Shown here piece by piece: positions 5,118 to 5,207 of a DNA stretch of 5,207 nt. A program made the translations under genes and the position numbers. Below the pieces are notes generated by a model. That model saw only the letters and a list, made by a program, of their open reading frames with translations. It ran no database searches and was not told the origin of the DNA. Source of the stretch: a virus. Where the stretch lies: positions 1 to 5,207 of IMG/VR virus record IMGVR_UViG_3300045988_050141. One strand, written 5' to 3'. Each line of letters starts with the position of its first letter. Position 1 is the stretch's first letter.

Positions 5118-5207
5118 GAAAGGAGATGTTTTTATATGAATAAGTGGTTTACTGCCCTCGTAACGGCTATTGCAGCCGCCGCAAGCTACCTTCTCGGTAT
5201 CAATAAC

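Overview
The window is a complete circular gokushovirus-like Microviridae (ssDNA phage) genome. Bases 1..99 are identical to 5109..5207, so the window is a circular unit of about 5108 nt extended by a 99-nt terminal overlap. All supportable genes are on the + strand, the + strand is visibly T-rich with strong T-ending codon bias, and Shine-Dalgarno sites are strong. Genes in order around the circle:
- 28..108: 26-aa hydrophobic peptide.
- 127..246: 39-aa highly basic J/VP8-like DNA-binding protein.
- 243..689: VP3 internal scaffolding protein.
- 825..2381: VP1 major capsid protein.
- 2386..3180: VP2 DNA-pilot / minor capsid protein.
- 3175..3307: a highly structured repeat region.
- 3352..4335: VP4 HUH rolling-circle replication initiator.
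- 4473..4730: an uncertain 85-aa ORF in a GC-richer segment.
- 4755..5063: a VP5-like small protein.
- 5067..5117: a promoter nested in a terminator-like hairpin at the circular junction.
Most interesting:
- The palindrome and iteron-like array upstream of rep.
- A 10/10 match to the phiX174 origin nick-site core at the rep stop codon.
- The 26-aa transmembrane peptide, a candidate single-gene lysis or membrane factor.
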